A DNA stretch of 64,000 nucleotides from Trichoplax adhaerens (Eukaryota; Animalia; Placozoa). The number at the start of each line of letters is the position of its first letter. Position 1 is the first letter of the stretch. The stretch spans positions 5,290,008 through 5,354,007 of the forward strand of contig NW_002060943.1 in the NCBI RefSeq assembly GCF_000150275.1, in the 5' to 3' direction. The notes below the pieces were generated by a model. That model did no database searches and was not told where the DNA came from. It was given only the letters and a program-made list of their open reading frames with translations. Positions 1 through 19,676 of this stretch are shown one piece after another. A program made the position numbers and the translations under genes.

Positions 1-8246
<8,246 letters not shown>

Positions 8247-8960
8247 CTTGGTTTTCGTATTTGAAGACGTACGTCCACGACTGTGGATTGCAGTAAAGTA
8301 TGATGAAATTATTGCTTCTTCTTGATACAAGCGCTCGTATTTTACCTAAGCTAACCAGTCTGATGCAACCAAACAATTATTCTATAGCAATAGCATACTT
8401 TGACGTCTTGTTTAGAGTTTTTTTCAATGAAATTCACAGAAAGAGAGAGAAGAAATTGGAGTCTATTTTAGTCGGCAATTTTCAAGTCTGAGCTCCCAGT
8501 TGGACCATTCATTTTTTCAGTCATCTGGTTATCGGCTACAAGCGTTCACTGCTATGGTTGAGTTTGACTGGTAATAATGATTCAGGTGAAAGGAAGGTTG
8601 ACTCTTTAAGCTTTGTATTGAACTTGCTCTCAACCAGCCGGTCATCATAGGGAAGTGACACAGGCGAGTGAGTTGATTGAGTCATGGTTGACTACACAGT
8701 ACACGGTATACTGAGTGTAACTGAGTCGAATACTGACTGAAGTCTATTATTGTACGTCGTACTTGGACGAATACTGTACGACTGTATGGGGGCGTAATTT
8801 AGTGAAGTGACGTTCGACGTTCCCCTACACTGATTCAGTGCTACACTCCAGGTACAGCAGTCACTCGTCAGTAAGTCACACTCTGGACTACTTGACTCTT
8901 GACTGACTATTCAATGGCTTTATCATGTGTTATCTTGCGTGGAAGTCATTCACTCATCGT

Positions 8961-9121
8961 TGTGTGGAACATACTGACAACCGACAGTCATAACGGCTGT
9001 AAATGAATGTCCCAAGATCCAGTCCAGTAGTAGTTCCGAACTGTGTGGAACATACTGACATCGTGCAGTCAGAAACGCTGTAAATGAATGTCCAATGTCC
9101 AGTCCAGTAGTAGTTCCGAGC
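8961..9121. repeat. Two-copy tandem duplication, ~81-bp unit, each unit self-complementary
   Basis: tgtgtggaacatactgaca...tccagtccagtagtagttccga occurs at 8961 and 9042. Confidence 0.9.
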
Positions 9122-9259
9122 TGAACTATCGACACTCGACAGGTGTAACGTCTAGTGTCCACGTCACCGAAAAGAACAGAAAGAGCACGTTAATTACAGT
9201 ACCGGATGTGAGAGTCTTTTTAAAGGAACTGTAGGACCGTATCGTTTAGTATCAAAGGC

Positions 9260-9368
9260 TACAGTGTACAGTGTACAGTACTCAAAGCGGTACGATCCTG
9301 TATTGTACACTGTACACTGTACAGTACTGTACTGTACTGTACCGTACTGACGGTGTACAGTACAGTAC
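9260..9368. repeat. TGTACAG/CTGTACA-rich inverted repeat cluster
   Basis: tacagtgtacagtgtacagtac (9260-9281) is the reverse complement of gtattgtacactgtacactgta (9300-9321) at 21/22 positions. A second imperfect hairpin follows. Confidence 0.8.
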
Positions 9369-9433
9369 GTCATCCAACTTTCAACCAGGGCCTTTCTTTC
9401 AAAATAATTTAAAGACCTAAATCACTATGCAAT

Positions 9434-12387
9434 ATGGCTACTAACCCGGAGAATGAATTACGACAAGTTGCACAACCATTACTTTCACCTTCTATCAGTT
9501 ATGCTTACACTAACCTCTGTGTAACAATAATAAAGCGATTATACCCGGATGAATTGTAAGCCAGATTTATTTTGCAGGCTATTAGGCTACTAATCTGTTT
9601 TTAAAAGTCATGCATTGATTGTTTACGTTTTGAACTTGACAAAATTGGTATCAAAATTTTACCAAGAAATAACATTTATACAAGAAATATTGACATGAAA
9701 TATCATATTTTCCTGAATAGGCAACATCAAACTAGCTCATTAATTCAGTATTACTTCTCCTGCTAAAATAAGGATAAAAAGTCTCTCAAGATAGTTTGAT
9801 TCTTAATGTATTTTAGTAATGCTTGGTGTATAATACGTAGGATAATGACATCATCGGTAGCATGTACAAAAACTCTTAATTAATACATCGAACCAGCTGA
9901 CTACTTCACTTTAACTACTGTAGATAACGTTGCATGATGTTATTTGCGTATATCTTGATCAGAATCCATTAGTACCGTAATCTTATTTGGAATGCTAACT
10001 TAATCTTTATCGTGAAGAATACAAATAGAACACGATAAATCAAATCAAACAACCAAATAATACGTGCACCCTACGATATACTGTACTCGTCGTACGTTAG
10101 GCATATCATGCCATTTTCCCCTTTTGCATGAAACTTTTCTGCCTATATAGAAATGAATCTTCCTTCTACCAACGTACAAACTCCAGTATCAATTGACTGA
10201 TGATATAATTCATCAGTTTACAACTTGAACCCTTTCCTAACTAGACACGTATACTTTTCTTACAGAGAATGGTCCAAAAGCATTATCGATCAGTTAAGTG
10301 ATCACCTAAAATTGACAAAGCCAGGTAAGGTAACACCTCTAAAATTGCGTTTGTAAACATCGATACCTAGTCATGATGCCTGCTTTATTGATCCGCTCTC
10401 ATATTGACTAGTCCATGATGCTATGGTGATGGCATTACAAGAGGATACTACTGAGGAAGCAGAGGAAACATTACTAACTCTCCTACGTGAAGATATCAAG
10501 CCGACAGAAAAATTAATTCTTCTACCTCAGGTAAAAAGTCATCAAACACACTCATTTTTAAACCTAAGTAACTAGAAAGAGGGCTAGTTCTATGTTTAAA
10601 CGTATCTTGACACTTTTGCATTTTGTAACGAAACCATTCTATATATTCAAATGAATTATAAACTTTAAAATTTCGTATCCATATCAATCTTCCAAATAAA
10701 GTCATTAGTAAGTTTATTACAACGATTTGACTTCTTATTCAATTCTTGTGACCGTACTAGGATTTAGTCACGCTGGGATTACACTTAGGTAGGTTCAGTA
10801 ACTTAACCGACTAGTTTTTTGTCTTTATGATTTTTACAGTTCTTGATACAGTACTTGATATGACGTTACCTTTCCTCACTAAATTCGTTTAAGCTAGCCT
10901 ATGGTCTTCAATAAAGAACGCAAATAAAATTATCAGTAAAATGTATTTCCTACGTTAATTTTCTATTCCATAATTTTTACCTCACACTGACTGCAGGATA
11001 TGATGCTAGAACGAGAGTATTAATTAAAGAATTGGCTTCGACATTGTCTATACCCTGGTTTCTTATGGAATCGTTTGAAAGTAACATTGTGCAAATGATT
11101 TCAGGCTACTGTGAATCTGAGTAAGAACATGTATAAAGTACTCGATACTGTACATGTAAAAAATAAAAAGCTATTGATACAGTACAGATACCGTTATATA
11201 TACGCGTATACGTTTATGTAAGATGCATATACCTGTATTTTAATCTTTCTATGTATTTCCTTACTGTCTCCTCCAGAGAAGACAAAAAAAATCGTCTAAA
11301 AAGAAAAGCAAGTGATAAGAAAACAAGGTACTGGCTAATGGGATTAGCCACAGTCGGTGGTGGGATTGCTGTAGCTGTTACCGGAGGCCTAGCTGCACCT
11401 TTGATTGCGGCTGGAACCGGCGCTATACTAGGAACAGCCAGTGCAACAGCATTAAGTTCCACGGTCGGTTTGGCAGTCATTTCCTCTCTATTTGGGGCGG
11501 CAGGTGCTGGACTAACAGGTTATAGAATGAATCGAAGATATGGTAATCTTGAACAATTTCAATTCGCTATCTTAACTAATGGTAGAGAGCCACATTTAAC
11601 TATAGCTATATCAGGCTGGTTGCTTAACAGCTCCGAAAGCGACTTCCACAAACCCTGGTCGACATTATACAATAGTAAAGAGCAATATACTTTGATATGG
11701 GAAACCGAGTACTTAAACGAATTAGGATCATGTTTAAGCAAGCTATTTTATAGCACTTTAATCTCTGAAGCTTCTATAGAGCTTTTAAAGCAGACTGCTC
11801 TAGCTGGTGTAATGGCTGCGGCTGCCTTACCAGCCATAATATTAAAAGTTGGTTCTGTAATTGATAACCCCTGGAGTGTATGTTGTAGCCGAGCAATTCA
11901 AGCGGGAAAACAATTAGCTGACGTATTACTGACAAGAAAGGCTGGTAAAAGACCCATAACTTTAATTGGTTTTAGCTTAGGTGCTAGAGTAATATACTAT
12001 TGTTTGGAAGAAATGAGAAATCACAGCGACTGTAAGGGGATAATCGAGAATGTTATCTTACTTGGTACACCTGTCACTGGATCTACCAAGCAGTGGAACG
12101 AGATTGCCGAACTTGTAGCTGGTAAGGTTGTCAATGGATATTGTCGCAACGATTGGATATTGCATGTTATTTATCGCGCTAGCAGTACGAATTTAGCAAT
12201 AGCTGGCCTTTCCCCCATTGAATCTACAAATAGTAAAATTATCAACGTAGACTTATCGAAGCATGTCTCTGGCCACTTAGATTACGCTGCAAAAATGGAG
12301 TTGATCTTGGAAACAGTAAACGTACGCACTGTTAATCGTTATCATGAGGAAAAAATAAAATATGAGAAACAAGTACAAGAACAGTGA
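9434..12387 (+). CDS. TMCO4: TMCO4 / DUF726 alpha-beta-hydrolase-like membrane protein, ~520 aa, 6 exons (9434-9555, 10266-10324, 10412-10530, 10761-10788, 10997-11120, 11277-12387)
   Basis: All five introns are GT-AG and phase compatible. The protein contains GYDARTRVL, the Gly/Ala-rich hydrophobic TGGLAAP segment, IDNPW, RPITLIGFSLGARVI, DWIL and SGHLDY, all typical of the family. Confidence 0.92.
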
Positions 12388-14765
12388 TAGTATTATCGCT
12401 CCATTTTCGTAAAATACGGTATTTACTGAAGGTTAAGATCCATTTAATGGATTTAAAAGATTCCTATAGAATAGTGACTGATCATTAGCATTCTCACAAG
12501 TTATACAAATATTATAAAAATGCCCGAACTGATGTACTGATGTAATTTATACTATATAAAATTTTTATATCACTTATTTTCGATACCTTTACGGTAAAAT
12601 GTCAATTTAATTGCACCTGCAAGCAAAACATGGATATAAATTATTAGCTGCCTTATTACAGGTTCAAAGTTGAAAATACGCGTACTTACATCAAAGGTCT
12701 TTCTAGATAGGCACTCATATACCATACTTTAAGTTATCTTTAAAATCCACTACCAACCAACTACCGCGATTTTTCAATCACTTTAAAGAATTAGGTAATC
12801 AGCCTTACACTTTTTCTTAATGCCATTATTTCTACTGATAGAAAAAATTTAGTTATCAAATGAAGGATTAGCTATCTTCTGAATTCGAATCAATATAAAG
12901 ATATCCGATATCTGCAGCGTGCACTTACTAAACTTAGAATTTACTATTAACCATAATAACCAAATGGAGAACAGTAAAATTTTGCGCGTAGTTTATCAAA
13001 TAATATAAATTGGATTAAAATTAATTAAAATGCATTTAACCGTAACGTCGGTGAAACTTTTTTCCGCTATATGTGACAAAAACTCATCATTAAAAATCAT
13101 GACGATGCAAGATGGATATAATTTAGTTATATTCGTTATTGATTTAGTTTTGATTAAAGGGAGTTCTGAAAATACTGCAATAAATATGTAACGATGTATA
13201 GGAAATGTCAATATTTAACTCAGTTATTTAAAAAGCATCTCATTCTATCTGGATGAAAATTGCAATTTCTAAAGAGCATATACTTTGACGCTATTAAAAT
13301 TACTGGACAACGATATGGTTACCCGTAATTTTATGTTTCGATTTCGAAGAGCAACTTTTTAAATTTTTATGCCGGCTTATCAAATTACTGAAAACCACGT
13401 CGTTTAGACTGTCATAATATTTATTATTCATTAGGATACTGCAAATCTAATATACGGGCATGGTAAATATAAGAATTACTTAATTACTTTGAAGTGAGAT
13501 TTACGTATTGCATCTGTTAAAAGCAATTTGATTATATTTCCTTTAAATTGTATTCATAGCATTTGATAAAATTTCAATCTAAACTAGATCATGATACGAG
13601 TATATCCTATACCCTAAATCTTATTCATATTGATAGGAACGACTTTAACCTCACGTTAAAACATCTAAATTTGTCTGTTTTATGAAAATCTCTATGTACC
13701 AAGTCAATGTTTACTGTATAGATTCGAATAAATCGTTAAATTTAACATTTATCTGCATAAAATTTTACAAGCTTTTCCAAATAGCAATACATCAGAGCAT
13801 CTTTAAAACTGTCAATTTTACAGTAAAACTACTAATAACGGGAATACTAATATATTTCCTGTGATTATTGTAGCTAAAATCTACATTAATGATGAAATAT
13901 GTAAAATTTACTCTCGATGACTTGCTAGTCATTAATAATTTTATTCGGTCATCACTACGCGGCAAAATTATGTTTTATCCTGTACATCACGTACGATCAT
14001 ATCTTGTGTAGTTTTGATATAAATGATTGCAATAATGTGGTATGAGAAATAAGAAAATTATGTCTCATTCGTGCTCGAACTTTTCCTTAGCCAGCAAAAA
14101 GGACGATGCAATTTCTATCTGATTTAATAATCTGAAAATGGAAAATGTTTCTACAAAAGGCAATAAAAGTTTCGGAAATTTTTCATGCAAAATGGACACT
14201 TGTCATACCTTGAATTGACTAACGCTCAGTCATACCGATTACATTAATTTATCAGTGATATAATGTTTCAAACTATAGATACCTAGACACTACACTATAC
14301 GAGCATTTCAAAAAGCGATCAAATTAACATGTACTTGTCCTAAAGATCTATTTAATCATATAGTACTCACTACTGTATATGCTCCATATCATATGAGAGT
14401 ATAATTTGATAAAATCTGATCATTTTATGACCCTAAATCATTAGTAAACTACGACCACTTCATATAATATTTAATAATTCAGATAGGCGTAAATACCAAG
14501 AATCTTGAGCTTATTTATTAATGAATAAGAAAATTCAAATCATTAGCAATTAGCGCTTCTCGGATCAAGTTTCAATTTACTTGCCAAATTACAGCTGGAA
14601 CATCTAATGAAATTAAATCTAAGAATTATATCTCATTTCTTTATCTTCTATTTAATATTTCGTATTAGCGGTATCTAAATGATATCATGACTACTGAGCT
14701 TTATCAACAAAAACAGTTGCAGAATTAAAAGTATCTCAGCAGTGTGAATTTTCTCTAATAAGTAA

Positions 14766-15704
14766 CTATGGCCTATGATAAGTGACCATGTTGTATTGGA
14801 CGCTGGCAGTTTTATCTTTAACTCCAAAATGTCCATAAGGTACAGTACTATAAACCTTTTCATTACTTTGTCCATTAATTCGGCATGTCACTTTTCCATA
14901 GACAAGGGAACCACCACCGATGACCTCATCTACAGACGACCAGATGCTGAAAATATAGCTAGCCTCTCTGCTGGAATCTGCATTTAATTCTTCTAAAAAG
15001 TCTGAAACTCCATAAGGACCTGTGCCAAGATACAAGTAACCAGGATAGAAACCATTTGTATTGCCACAAGTAGGGGTAGTTGGTCCAGAAAAATAGCAGG
15101 AGGAAAGACCAAGATTAGCACCAGCAATGCCAATAAAGGTATCAACAAAATTCAACCGACTGCCAAGATTATAATATCCACCATTAAGAGAATCATGACC
15201 ACTACCACCTTTAATAGCTTTACGTGCTAATGTAACTCCCATGGAATGACCAATAACATTAACCTTGGATTTACCAGTATATGACTTAACGGCTTCAATA
15301 AACCTTCGAACTCGAGTCAAATATGGCTTAGAGTGGTACTGCTGAGGGGATTGCAGAGCACTTGCTGGGCCCCATGTGATAGCATAGAGCTCACATTGAC
15401 GATATCCACGAGATAGAAAATATTCAATAGAATCAGTCCAACCAGTTTGTCCTACAGTAGAGCCAACAGCTTTGTCGGAATTTCCATGGATGAAAATGAC
15501 TGGGGTTTTACTTACACTTTCAGAGCTGTAGGATCTTCCACCATAGCTGTAGCCACCACCACGATCAAAATCATCACTTTTATATCCATTTGAATCAAGC
15601 CAATTCTGAAAATCACTGGACAAGATTGAAGTTTTTGGATTGATAGCGCTAGAAACCCAGCAAAAAGCGCAAAGTACGAAAAAGTAGGTAGCTATTCTCT
15701 TCAT
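14766..15704 (-). CDS. Secreted lipase, class 2 (Lipase_2 / EstA-like; nematode LIPS-like), intronless, 312 aa
   Basis: Signal peptide MKRIATYFFVLCAFCWVSSA, oxyanion PVIFIHGNSD, ELYAITWG, nucleophile elbow VNVIGHSMG, candidate Asp (SSVDEVI) and His (YGHFG). Confidence 0.9.
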   Translation of the reverse strand: MKRIATYFFVLCAFCWVSSAINPKTSILSSDFQNWLDSNGYKSDDFDRGGGYSYGGRSYSSESVSKTPVIFIHGNSDKAVGSTVGQTGWTDSIEYFLSRGYRQCELYAITWGPASALQSPQQYHSKPYLTRVRRFIEAVKSYTGKSKVNVIGHSMGVTLARKAIKGGSGHDSLNGGYYNLGSRLNFVDTFIGIAGANLGLSSCYFSGPTTPTCGNTNGFYPGYLYLGTGPYGVSDFLEELNADSSREASYIFSIWSSVDEVIGGGSLVYGKVTCRINGQSNEKVYSTVPYGHFGVKDKTASVQYNMVTYHRP

Positions 15705-16314
15705 CTTTTTTTCGCTGAAAATTTTTATCGGCTAATATAAAATCAACCTAAACGATCTTACACCGACACGTATTATTTATACGTGATACATAATATAATT
15801 TATGCGATAATATTTAGATAGGACAATAAATTTGGTTTCAGTCAATTTCAATATTATTCTTTCTAAGACCAATAGTAACCTTCAATTTAATTGAGCAGTG
15901 GCATGTTATGATATGTGACATTATGAGTTAATGCCTTGACTTTACAATTTTGAATTCATGAATTAAATAATCACTTAAAGTAGGCGATGGATACAAGGAC
16001 AATTAAAAATGAGAACAATACATGTTTGTGTCATCTATGCATCGTAAATAATTTTTAAGACGTGATCTTTCCGTTATCCCTTCTTCATTCAACATGCTAA
16101 AGCTCTTCCACTCCATTAACCAAAAGATAGTTATCTTGATATATATCATTGTCTATTAAATATCTTATCGATCCACAGATCTGTTTGCTACAGCTATATG
16201 CAATGCAATAGAGTTGAGCTATATTTGAGTTAGAATGTAGGTGTGTCACGAAGTGACTTTTCCTGCAAAATACTTATCTTATATATACGCGTATATATTT
16301 ATTTACGTCAGATA

Positions 16315-16520
16315 ACATACCGTTATCTATGACGTTATACATTCTTTAATAGATAAATGCATAATTTTATAATATTATCTATAAACGGATAACTAATGTT
16401 TACGTAGATTTAGTATAAATTGAATGATTTTTCGAGAAAGCTTGAGTTCAGCTTTGTCTAAGAGAGACTAGTGGTATTTACTGTTCTTCGAGACGATAGG
16501 AGATTGTCAGTATTTAAAGT
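16315..16520 (+). repeat. Dispersed ~200-bp repeat, copy 1
   Basis: ccgttatctatgacgttatac...gagttcagctttgtctaagagagactagtggtatt...cagtattta aligns by eye to 59390-59590 and, over its first part, to 18520-18680. Confidence 0.75.
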
Positions 16521-17429
16521 CGTGTAATAGTTATATTTTTCGTCGTTACAGATCTAAATTTGTGACAAGCTTATAGTGCTTTAATCCTTCACTTTTTACT
16601 TGTTAGTAGATGTTAACTCAATAGCGATATTCTGAAGAAGCTATCCGTCGATTTGCTAACAATTTTAGGATTACATAAAATTGAATTGATTACATATCAT
16701 AGTCTTTTATGAATTTTACCCTCTGATTAGACTAAAAAACCATGCAAAATTGATGGCCTATTAACAGAAAATACTTCGGGCTTTTATTTTAATAGCCATT
16801 GAATGCCTTTGCATACCAGTATCACTAATCACAATATCGCTATTAACAGTTCTTCCTTCTAACTGTTTCTAAGCTTGCAATGCAAATATCATCTATTTCA
16901 AACGATAGCTAGAAATAAATCATTCTAAATATATCAATCGATTAACCGAAATGGTTCCATAGTATTAGTGAAAGAAAGTGTACCTGAAAATTTTATTTTA
17001 AATTCTTTAGGAATAATCATGTAAGAGACTAATTTCAAATTATCCTTGTATCATTACATAATTATTAGAGATAATTATCAATGCAAGTAAATATTGAATC
17101 AGATAATCAAAATAAAGTTTTAGTTTCAATGCTTAGTTGCGCTATTTATTTATCTTATATATGACCTTCTATAGAATATCGCAGTTTACCTCATTATTGA
17201 CATTGTATTTCATATAAAGACTTTGTATTCACGATGATCGTTATTGCTACGTGCCATTTTCTATCGGCTATAACGCTACCACAATTGTTTAACTTTGCAA
17301 TGTCTGAAAATGACAGACTCATGTTAACATTTCCTTAATTTAGATCGTAACATGAAGCTTTGCTTACTCCACACCGATAATTTTACTAACGATAGATTTA
17401 ATTCGCACTTTATGTTGCTGTATATGGTA

Positions 17430-17652
17430 TCCAGACAATTCCTCCTCCCGACATTTGCCCCCGGACAACTCCCCGTCTCGAATATTTGTACAATTATTAC
17501 TAGTAATTCAACCCAGTACATCTTTAATAAGAAAGGTAATGCCTTAAATAACTCTTTCATGAAGAATTAGCTTTCATAAGCTAATTTTGTTTCTACCATA
17601 TCGCAAATGTGTTTGGTTATCGGGGGTAGTTTTCCGGGGGAATTGTCTCAGA
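17430..17652. mobile_element. MITE-like relic with GC-rich imperfect terminal inverted repeats
   Basis: Left end gacaattcctcc...cccccggacaactccccg. Right end cgggggtagtttccgggggaattgtc (reverse complement gacaattcccccggaaactacccccg). The interior is AT-rich. Confidence 0.5.
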
Positions 17653-18519
17653 ACTGCTGTACAGACAGTACAGTATAGATGTAATAAAATAAAAAACGAA
17701 ACAGATTAGCGCTGCATGTTTAAGTTTCGAATGAATAAGAATAATAGACATAGAATACATATAGAAGTAATTAATCCGATTACTATAGCATGATCCCATA
17801 GGATTAAATTGATTTCATTAATTTCATTCTCATAGCTAAATCTACTGTATTATACTTTAGGTCTTTCTTTAACGTTATAACTAAAGCTATGACGTTTCCT
17901 AATTCACTAATGCTAACTTTAGCTTTGAATATTCTAAAACCTTCATTGCTCTGTTCCGTAGTTAGCATACAACAGCGTCGGAAGCATACATCTCCATAAC
18001 TAATATATGTATAGATATTTTGAATATGTTATATTTTTGACGTGCATATCTAACGTAATATTTGATATCATAATAAAACGATCTCGGTCGATTGTAAAGA
18101 TTATTTTAAATATAATAGCAAAATATTAAACATGTTTAAAATTTTCGTTAATGCTTACAAGAATTGCTGAAGCGACGCACATATGTTCAATTTCTTATAC
18201 GATTCTACAAATAGGTTTATTAAATGATGTCCGATCCAGTGGGCATTGACCATTTGTAGCGTATAATTTCGGTGTTGAACTTTAAACCATGCACAGTAGG
18301 TAATTCAATTTACTGCAAATGTTATGTAGTGATCTAAATTTATAAAAATGAAAAGTCTACTAGGGTTACAGTACACGTTTACTCACCATACAGTAATTGT
18401 ACTACAATGTCATAGCATTATTACTGCGTAGCTATTAAACTGATTTAGTGTCACAAACCGAATTCTTGGACAACTACTTGTCTCATTTTCACTAGATAAG
18501 ATATTTTGGTGTTTTGTTG

Positions 18520-18680
18520 ATAATACCGTTATCTATGACTACTATAACATAATTTTATAGATAACAGCATAGTTTTATAAAAACTATCACCTAATAATTA
18601 GTTAAAGTTTTATATATAAATTCTCTATAAATTGATTAATTTTTAAATAAAGTTCGGCTCCAGTTTATTCAACAATAGCA
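18520..18680 (+). repeat. Dispersed repeat, copy 2 (more degraded)
   Basis: ccgttatctatgact...tagataacagcatagttttataaaactatc...tataaattgattaattttt matches copy 1. Confidence 0.6.
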
Positions 18681-19676
18681 TTAACTGATTTACGTGTCCT
18701 TATCAAAGGAGTACTTTTATCACTCCAACGTTTATCAACAGCCAATTAATTACTAAAGTTTGCACAAGAAAAGTAAATCTACAGTACCACAGTTCTAGAA
18801 ACTATTCAAGTACAAGCCTGCTGTCAGGCCTGTCAGCTCGACATCTACCTACTGGAGGTTATAGCAAACTACTCGTCTCTCAAATAGACAAGTAATAAAC
18901 ATGTATGCTCGACGGTCAGTTTGTGCTGTTGTCATCAGTAGCTTAATACGTGCATGCTCTAATGATTCTAAGCCGTAGCTTAGAATCGTTCAGTTTCATA
19001 GCTAAGAATGCAAACGGTTGTTTATTAATGTTAACCTTCAGGCGTACAAAACGGGTATACTCTTATGGACGCACGCAAGTAAAATTAAAGATATACAAGT
19101 AGGTAGATGTTACATTAAAGACGGCACTAGTTCGGATTCAAAAGGAGACTCGTACCTGTATCAGACTGTGTATAAAAAGCAGTTCCTATGGCCATACTAC
19201 CAACTCGGTGACTACTCTGGCAATCTAATGCTGACCATGAAGCAATATCACAATTATAATCGTTAAATTTCTAACTACTTGAAATACTGCGTAGTTACAT
19301 ATGTATGAACTTTGTAACAAGAGCTTCATCTAACTTACTATTTTAGTGACTTTATGTCTATCGATAAAAATTCGTTTTTACACCGCGTCATACTGTGCGT
19401 ATATATTATTAAAATAATTATATATAATCAACAAGAAATACTGTAGTGAGAAAATGATGCTAGCGATACAGTTGCAGGACCATAATAGAGGATGCAAATG
19501 CATAAATCATGTATTTCATAATCACGCTTATTCAACAAAGATTCAACAAAAAATAAAGATTATTGTGAAATCTAATTTGAAACTACTGAATTCTATTCAA
19601 TTTGTAGCTTACATGATCATAATTAATGAAAATACTACGATTAATTTCCTTGAAAATAACGGTGAGCATGGTTTCA

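Larger units (their letters stand above)
8247..9433. promoter_or_regulatory. Probable bidirectional promoter/5'UTR region between divergent GCN2 and TMCO4
   Basis: About 1.2 kb between two head-to-head start codons. It is locally more GC/CpG rich than the flanks and contains a tandem duplication and inverted repeats. Confidence 0.5.

Noticed and set aside
8961-9121. Possible CRISPR array or tRNA pair
   Set aside because: Only two contiguous units with no unique spacers and no cas genes, in a eukaryotic context. No convincing cloverleaf or T-loop.
8950-9162. 70-aa minus-strand ORF with an internal repeat (GHSFTA...CQYVPH)
   Set aside because: It is the translation of the 81-bp tandem duplication, with a non-ATG start and no splice context.
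11214-11741. Antisense ORFs overlapping TMCO4
   Set aside because: Shadow frames of a well-supported plus-strand exon.
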